Source: Promethearchaeota archaeon (lineage in GTDB: Archaea; Asgardarchaeota; Lokiarchaeia; Sigyniarchaeales; SOKP01). From it: a stretch of DNA of 64,000 bases. The stretch lies in contig JAHPZI010000007.1 in assembly GCA_019058295.1 (NCBI GenBank), positions 47,465 through 111,464 of the forward strand, given 5' to 3'. The notes under the pieces were generated by a model, which saw only the letters and a program-made list of their open reading frames with translations, ran no database searches and was not told the origin of the DNA. The first letter of the stretch is position 1. Each line of letters begins with the position of its first letter. The position numbers and the translations under genes are program-made. Positions 59,169 to 64,000 of the stretch are shown one piece after another.

Positions 59169-60398
59169 CTATAACTTCAGAGAGAAGACCGGATTTAACC
59201 GAGCAATTATATCACCAAGGTCTAATTGGAGTGTTTTTAAAACAATATCTCTCCCTCTATATTCATATTGAATTTCTCGGACATTTCTAATTATTTTTAG
59301 TCTATTTTTAATCATTAATTCGCAAACAAAATACCGTTGATCCTTGTATTCTAATACTTTTTTAACATTTTTTATAGTTGGAAATCTATATCCGGCTCCA
59401 TGTGGTAAGATATTCGCTGATTCTAATATGTCTTTAATTCCTAAATTATCTATTCTTTCTAAAAAATTAAGATTTTTTAAATTTGTTTCTGAGAGATTTT
59501 TTTTCCCTCTAAACAAGTAAGCAGAGATATCAGCTCTAAGCGCAGTAGGAAAAATGTCTGAATTAATAAATTCGCAATTTATATCGGTACAATTACTTCC
59601 TAAATATATATTGTTATAATCCATTAGGAACTGGTGAGGTTGATTACAAATATTTCTATAGCTACCAAAAATCTTCTTAGCAATAATCTCTCTTTTGGCT
59701 TTAGAAAATTCAATTGCTTTTTTATTAAAATTAAGATATTCTTTTGCCTTTGAATCAATTAGAATATATTGCTTTCCAAATTTTGTAATTTCTTCAATTG
59801 CAGAATCTTTTAAAGTTCGAGATTTATCAATATATAATCCCAAACCATGTTTATCATCGGAAAATTCTATAGCTGAACCATGAATAAAAAAGATATACGG
59901 AGGTAAAGATATATCCGTTAAATTTTTAGTTTCAAAACAGCTAATAAAATGATTGCTGACATCATAATCCCAGTCTAATAATATATCATTATGATATAGC
60001 TCGGATCCCTTTATCTCATCAATTCTTTTAATAATATCATAAACTTCAGGAACTTCTTCTAAACCGCCAACTAAAATTCCGCAACAATTAGGTTTAACAT
60101 TTAAAAATATTATTTTATCCTTACCATTGCCCCAATTTAATTTACCTCCATATCCTATTCCAGAATTCCATCTAAAAACATTTCTTGAAATTGTTTCATC
60201 AGGAGATGATATAAAGGTTGCCTTTGGGTCAAAACCATATTTTTCTTGAATAAGATGAAGCATAGCTAAGCCATATTTCATATTTGCCTTACACAATTTC
60301 GAAGCGCCATCATTGAGACCCATGGAAAATATAAATGATTCTGCCCTGTTTAATAATTCTGCTCTTTGTAAGTTTGATACAATTGCGGTAGAGTCCAT
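59169..60398 (-). CDS. Divergent RtcB-like RNA ligase family protein
   Basis: Ordered motifs SPD...GYGG, NCCG, SNHF, IHGS, PHQ, PHGAG, EIQYEYR and terminal ARLNPVFSLKL parallel the RtcB motifs. Confidence 0.7.
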   Translation of the reverse strand: MDSTAIVSNLQRAELLNRAESFIFSMGLNDGASKLCKANMKYGLAMLHLIQEKYGFDPKATFISSPDETISRNVFRWNSGIGYGGKLNWGNGKDKIIFLNVKPNCCGILVGGLEEVPEVYDIIKRIDEIKGSELYHNDILLDWDYDVSNHFISCFETKNLTDISLPPYIFFIHGSAIEFSDDKHGLGLYIDKSRTLKDSAIEEITKFGKQYILIDSKAKEYLNFNKKAIEFSKAKREIIAKKIFGSYRNICNQPHQFLMDYNNIYLGSNCTDINCEFINSDIFPTALRADISAYLFRGKKNLSETNLKNLNFLERIDNLGIKDILESANILPHGAGYRFPTIKNVKKVLEYKDQRYFVCELMIKNRLKIIRNVREIQYEYRGRDIVLKTLQLDLGDIIARLNPVFSLKL

Positions 60399-60531
60399 TA
60401 TTAATAAGAAAATTCTTTATGTAAAGACTAAGATTCCATATGAAAATATTAATATATATTATTAATGATTTATAAATAATTGAGATTATCCTATAATCCC
60501 TACCGAAAATTACATTTTTATTATTATTCCA

Positions 60532-61170
60532 ATGAGCCAAGAAGATAATATTGTATTATACGATACTTCCAAGGAAATAAAAATTAACGGGAATTTTAAT
60601 GGTTCTATAATCTCCGTAGAGAGAGAGATGAATTCCATAATTCTTTCAGATAATATTCAAATTTCTGATCAAATTAGGATTTCGGAAGGATTAATGATAG
60701 GTTTTGAAGATATGTATAATGAAAAAGTTGCTTTTTCAAGAAAATCTGAATTCATCTGGAACAATTTAGAGGAATGTACATTAGAATATGTTGTATTAAT
60801 CCCAAAAGAGCTGATGGATCAATATGATGAATCGCAATTTTCAGACTCGTTTCCTTTTACAATAAATATGCTTCACACAGCAGGATTATATTTTGATGAT
60901 TCTGAATATAATTTTAAAATTGATCACTTAGATTTCTTTAAAGGAGAAATAATAAAAAATCCAGTAAGCTTAATTTTCAACGGTTTAACTGTTGCTGACA
61001 GAGTGGCAATAGATCAAAGAGGGGATCCAGTTTTTTATGATTGCATTATTGTTGGAAGAGATCAAGATGATAATCTGAAAGTTTCTTACGATCCCTTTCT
61101 CAATGTTAAAATCGACGACAAAGTCGTAAAATATATTATAATTATTGGAATTGAAGAATTAAAACTGTAA
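60532..61170 (+). CDS. Hypothetical acidic protein
   Basis: 212-aa ORF filling the space; no motif recognised. Confidence 0.6.
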   Translation: MSQEDNIVLYDTSKEIKINGNFNGSIISVEREMNSIILSDNIQISDQIRISEGLMIGFEDMYNEKVAFSRKSEFIWNNLEECTLEYVVLIPKELMDQYDESQFSDSFPFTINMLHTAGLYFDDSEYNFKIDHLDFFKGEIIKNPVSLIFNGLTVADRVAIDQRGDPVFYDCIIVGRDQDDNLKVSYDPFLNVKIDDKVVKYIIIIGIEELKL

Positions 61171-61189
61171 TAAGGATTAATAATAAAAA

Positions 61190-62428
61190 ATGCTTCTTTA
61201 TGAAAATAAAAAGGGGAAATTACTAACCTTTTTGAAGATTGGGTTAAATCCATTTAAGAAATTTGTAGCAACAGGTGAAATTAAAGAAAATATCGAATTA
61301 GCTGAATCTAGATTCGACCTAATCGAATCTATAAAAAAATTAATTGAAAATGAAAAGAATATCATTTTGCCAATAATCGGAGGTGTAGGAACTGGGAAGA
61401 CTCATCTTTTTTGGACATTGGAAAATAAATTACATTATCATAATACAGTATACATTTCATTAGAAAATGTTTATAGAAAATTTTATTACAATATCTATTC
61501 TGAATACATTGAAGAAATAGGTCCAGAAGTATTAAGATCCATAACAAATGAATTATGCAATAATTGGGGAAAATTCGAAAAAAAATTTGGCTTTTTTCAT
61601 ATAGCTGATATTGAGAAAGTAAAGAAAATTGCGTTTGAAAGATTGAGCTCGCAGAATTTTGAAGATATAATTGCCCTGAATGATATAATCAACGCAATTA
61701 CAACACATCAATTGGATCCCTGGAAAAAAGTAGAAGCTGAAAGATGGTTATTAGGAGAATTAATGGATTCTAGAGAACTTTCTCATATTAATTTACAATA
61801 TGATCTTAGAAAAAGTTCTTATGCTTATACGGTCTTAAAGATAATAATTGAAAATTCAAAATTAAAAAGCGTCTTATTTATTGATGATTTTGAAAAATTA
61901 ATTTCATTGATGAAACCTGATAAAGAATCTGAAGATATTTTTGAGCCAAATTGGTTATACGGCGAAATTACTAGTTCAGCTGATAAGTTATCGGCTGAAA
62001 AAATACTTGATAAAATTTTAAATTTACAAACAATAGAAGGATTAAATATTATAATCACTCTAAAATCAGTTGATGCCTTAGAAGAAATAAAAACTCTTGT
62101 TAAAGAAAGAGATATTAATTTATTATCAACCTTCAAAGAACCATTATTTTTATCAAATTTTAAAGAAGGTGATATATATGATTTTTATAAAAAAAATATT
62201 GAAGAATTTTTAATAACTATTAATTATCTTGATTTTCTTAAAGAAGATCCAAACACATATTACCCCCTGAATGAAAAGATTTTGAAAAATATATTTCATA
62301 AAACAAATGGAAATCCAAGAGAGATTATAAAATATTTAATACAAATATTTAATGATATTATATACTCACAAGAAAATCTAGAAGATATTATAAGTCGCTA
62401 CGAGAATCTAACGGTTTTTCAACAATAA
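61190..62428 (+). CDS. P-loop AAA+-like ATPase
   Basis: LNPF, GGVGTGKT, LFIDDFE, YPL, GNPREI. Confidence 0.8.
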   Translation: MLLYENKKGKLLTFLKIGLNPFKKFVATGEIKENIELAESRFDLIESIKKLIENEKNIILPIIGGVGTGKTHLFWTLENKLHYHNTVYISLENVYRKFYYNIYSEYIEEIGPEVLRSITNELCNNWGKFEKKFGFFHIADIEKVKKIAFERLSSQNFEDIIALNDIINAITTHQLDPWKKVEAERWLLGELMDSRELSHINLQYDLRKSSYAYTVLKIIIENSKLKSVLFIDDFEKLISLMKPDKESEDIFEPNWLYGEITSSADKLSAEKILDKILNLQTIEGLNIIITLKSVDALEEIKTLVKERDINLLSTFKEPLFLSNFKEGDIYDFYKKNIEEFLITINYLDFLKEDPNTYYPLNEKILKNIFHKTNGNPREIIKYLIQIFNDIIYSQENLEDIISRYENLTVFQQ

Positions 62429-63142
62429 TCTCTGATAATCATCAATTTCATTCAAAAACATTTCTTTAAAACTTACATCCCATTTGGAATCTAATATTAA
62501 GTTTCTTAATGATTCTAAACTATCTACTGAATTAAAATATATTAATAAAATTGAACGAATTCCTTTCTTATTCAAAATTTTATAATTTTCAAAAGAGTCT
62601 AACAAATCTACTAATATATTCTCATTTTTTATTGATTTTCTTAAAATATTTGTACTTAACTCCTCTAATTCAGAATTAGATGAATTTAAGATATATAATA
62701 TATTCTTTAGGAGAGATTTGGGGATGTTATTAATATAAGATAAAGCTTTAAGTGCATTTGTTTTAATAGGTGCATAATCTTCTTTTAAAGAATTTCCTAT
62801 GAGCTGTATTACTTCCTCTGATAAATCTGTATTCATAGAGATTTTTTTAAACGCCACTATTATCTCGTTTCGAATCCACCTGTCAGAATTATAAAATTCC
62901 TTTATTAAATAATCAATAAATTTAACATCTATTATTTTTAATTTACCTATTTCGCCCAAATCATAAACTAAGTTTATTTTTATTTGCTCATGAATTTCAA
63001 GATCAGTAATTTCTATAAAATATTTCAAAAATGTAATATGATTATATTGAGGATTTTTGCCAAGTTTGATTAAGAAATCATTAATTTCATCTGGATTATC
63101 TGAATCCTTAACATTTTTGAACTCTTTCTCTAGATTTTCCAT
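62408..63142 (-). CDS. HEAT-repeat protein
   Basis: LVYDLGEIG, NSDRWIRNEI, LKEDYAPIKTNALKAL repeats. Confidence 0.7.
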   Translation of the reverse strand: MENLEKEFKNVKDSDNPDEINDFLIKLGKNPQYNHITFLKYFIEITDLEIHEQIKINLVYDLGEIGKLKIIDVKFIDYLIKEFYNSDRWIRNEIIVAFKKISMNTDLSEEVIQLIGNSLKEDYAPIKTNALKALSYINNIPKSLLKNILYILNSSNSELEELSTNILRKSIKNENILVDLLDSFENYKILNKKGIRSILLIYFNSVDSLESLRNLILDSKWDVSFKEMFLNEIDDYQRLLLKNR

Positions 63143-63191
63143 AATTTCTTCTATGTTTTAAGAATTAACGTCTATATTAAAAATTGGTTTA

Positions 63192-63938
63192 TTATTTTTT
63201 TCCAGCAACTCCAACATAAATTGCCGTTTCTTTTTTTCCATCAATCTCTAAGATATTATTCAATTCATTATCAAAAATTGCACCTATTGTACAAGCACCA
63301 AGCCCTAATGCTTCTGCAATCAGATAGAAATTCTGTCCAATATGACCACAATCCAAATAAATGTATCGATAGCAACGTTGTAAATATTTCCACTTTGATC
63401 TTTCGATTATAGCTGTGAATATAAAGTTAACAGCTGAATTGAACGCCATTCCTTGACCTAAGCATCCATCTGAAATCTGTCTTCTGAAATCTCCTTTCTT
63501 TAATAATTCTATTGAATGTTGAGGGATATTGTAGTGATATATTCCTTTCTCTAAACCTTCAATATTATTAACTATTGGATAAATCTCAATAGGATATAAT
63601 CCTCCTGCTGATGGCGTTGTTCTATAAGCAATATGAGGTGAGACTCGGGTAATTCCTGTCATCCCATATAAAAGTAAACTTAATTCATAAAGAGTTATTG
63701 GTATTTTGCCAAATTTTCTAGTGGATCTCCGATTTATTATTACATCCCAAAATCTTATATTTTCATTAAATTCTGGACTAGGTAATTTTATCTTATTTAA
63801 AGCCGCTTTATACTCTTTATAGGGTTCTGGTTTTTTTTCCCAATCCAAATAATGTCTCGGTAATTTACCGCGAACATACTTCGATTTTTGCTGGAAGGTA
63901 TCTCCATAATTATCAGGGTTTATTAAGTTTTCATTCAT
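63192..63938 (-). CDS. SagB/ThcOx-type nitroreductase-fold oxidoreductase
   Basis: RRSTRKF, RTTPSAGGLYP, KY..R.YRY..LDCGHIGQN, IGAIFD. Confidence 0.9.
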   Translation of the reverse strand: MNENLINPDNYGDTFQQKSKYVRGKLPRHYLDWEKKPEPYKEYKAALNKIKLPSPEFNENIRFWDVIINRRSTRKFGKIPITLYELSLLLYGMTGITRVSPHIAYRTTPSAGGLYPIEIYPIVNNIEGLEKGIYHYNIPQHSIELLKKGDFRRQISDGCLGQGMAFNSAVNFIFTAIIERSKWKYLQRCYRYIYLDCGHIGQNFYLIAEALGLGACTIGAIFDNELNNILEIDGKKETAIYVGVAGKK

Positions 63939-64000
63939 GTAGAATTTATTACTATTATGATTTAAAAAAATTCATATTATTATCTAAAATTATAAAAAAA

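Noticed and set aside
61190-62428. BREX or other defence system
   Set aside because: Single ATPase with no recognisable nuclease, methylase or other defence partner.
1059-63412. Numerous short ORFs nested in or antisense to confident genes (e.g. 1059-1460, 26767-27075, 49337-49780, 54070-54447)
   Set aside because: No motifs; expected shadows of real coding sequence.
63192-63938. RiPP (azole) biosynthetic cluster
   Set aside because: No YcaO or precursor peptide visible; stand-alone SagB-like genes are common in archaea (the window ends just upstream).

Overview
Very AT-rich, gene-dense archaeal chromosome segment. The gene content points to an Asgard archaeon, probably Lokiarchaeia (inference): a Rab-like GTPase, roadblock and longin proteins, uDENN-like proteins, a vWA-RING protein, HdrA, Fwd-like genes, many beta-oxidation genes, and archaeal CoaD and MetG. 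About 50 CDS were called; no rRNA, tRNA, CRISPR array or transposase was recognised. Top observation: the HMG-CoA-synthase-like/DUF35 gene most likely starts at GTG 6917 and is interrupted by an in-frame 30-nt insert carrying two stop codons. The insert folds into a relaxed bulge-helix-bulge-like structure whose predicted cleavage sites restore the reading frame exactly, so it is a candidate spliced intron in an Asgard protein-coding gene (alternatively a mobile-element scar). Other highlights: a highly divergent RtcB-like RNA ligase; probable ATT/ATC start codons behind Shine-Dalgarno-like motifs; a 2016-aa single-pass protein joining an extracellular beta-helix to a cytoplasmic nitrilase domain; a catalytically eroded fwdG/B/D/A-like operon; tandem uDENN-like plus Ig-like proteins; an Rpn10/Ssl1-like vWA with two C4HC3 fingers; an orphan kleisin; an orphan glycyl radical enzyme. 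All family calls come from motif recognition by eye; no searches were run.
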